Positions 63,495 through 64,000 of a stretch of 64,000 nt of DNA are shown one piece after another (the first letter of the stretch is position 1; each line of letters opens with the position of its first letter). The translations under genes and the position numbers were made by a program. Below the pieces are notes generated by a model that was not told where the DNA came from, made no database searches, and was given only the letters and a program-made list of their open reading frames with translations. Origin of the DNA: Saccostrea echinata (taxonomy: Eukaryota); NCBI RefSeq assembly GCF_033153115.1, contig NW_026889762.1:4278001-4342000 (forward strand), read 5' to 3'.

Positions 63495-64000
63495 TGTGTT
63501 ATGTTCACTGAATATCCCAAGTAGTTAGATTCCGAGAAAATAAGAATCGAAAGTAGAGTTGATAGCATTTAGGTGTCATTTTTAAAAGATCGATCCCGAT
63601 CGGAAATATGAAGTTACATGTTATCTAAAAAAAAAAGTAGTAGATTACTTAACAGAATAAGATATATGTACATATTGTACAAAATTGTGATCAATACCTG
63701 GACGTTTATAATACTGTACAATTTTTTTAGAAATAATGCAATACTCACCCTCCGAGCCGTAACATACATATATTAAACTCTTCAATAAACCTAAGTTTAT
63801 TTAAGTAAAATATACTTTAATTATTTTAGTGTCAATTTTATATTTCACTAAAGGGACTTGCTGCAACAAAAATTGTGGTACTTTTTTTACTATAGAAACA
63901 AAATGGGTAACTAATTTACAATAGTTAAAACTTTAATACATGCATTGATTTACGCTCAAATTGACAAATACTATGCGGAACTTTATTTACTATATAAAGT

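Overview
This is AT-rich, intron-containing eukaryotic DNA. The repeat families resemble those of oysters (Ostreidae), which is an inference. Genes: two tandem pancreatic-lipase-family genes on + (about 3.0-6.5 kb and 17.1-19.7 kb) whose nucleophile elbow reads GQGLG with no catalytic Ser; a three-coding-exon ZNF593/Bud20 orthologue on + (23963-31850); an intronless 319-aa orphan ORF on - (38190-39149); and three intronless RING/B-box/coiled-coil/beta-propeller TRIM-like genes on -, two intact and one frameshifted. The rest is transposon-rich: a tRNA-derived SINE, Helentron/HINE-type elements with internal tandem arrays, a CACTG-terminated element, palindromic Crypton-like elements and MITEs. 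The standout is a full-length, apparently intact L1/Tx1-clade LINE (25554-31080, -) in a ZNF593 intron, with a perfect 14-bp TSD and a poly(A) tail. Its ORF1 fuses the usual RRM-like and CCHC zinc-knuckle module to a C-terminal NADAR (YbiA-like) domain, a family that includes guanine-ADP-ribose hydrolases. All domain calls come from motif recognition by eye; no database searches were run.
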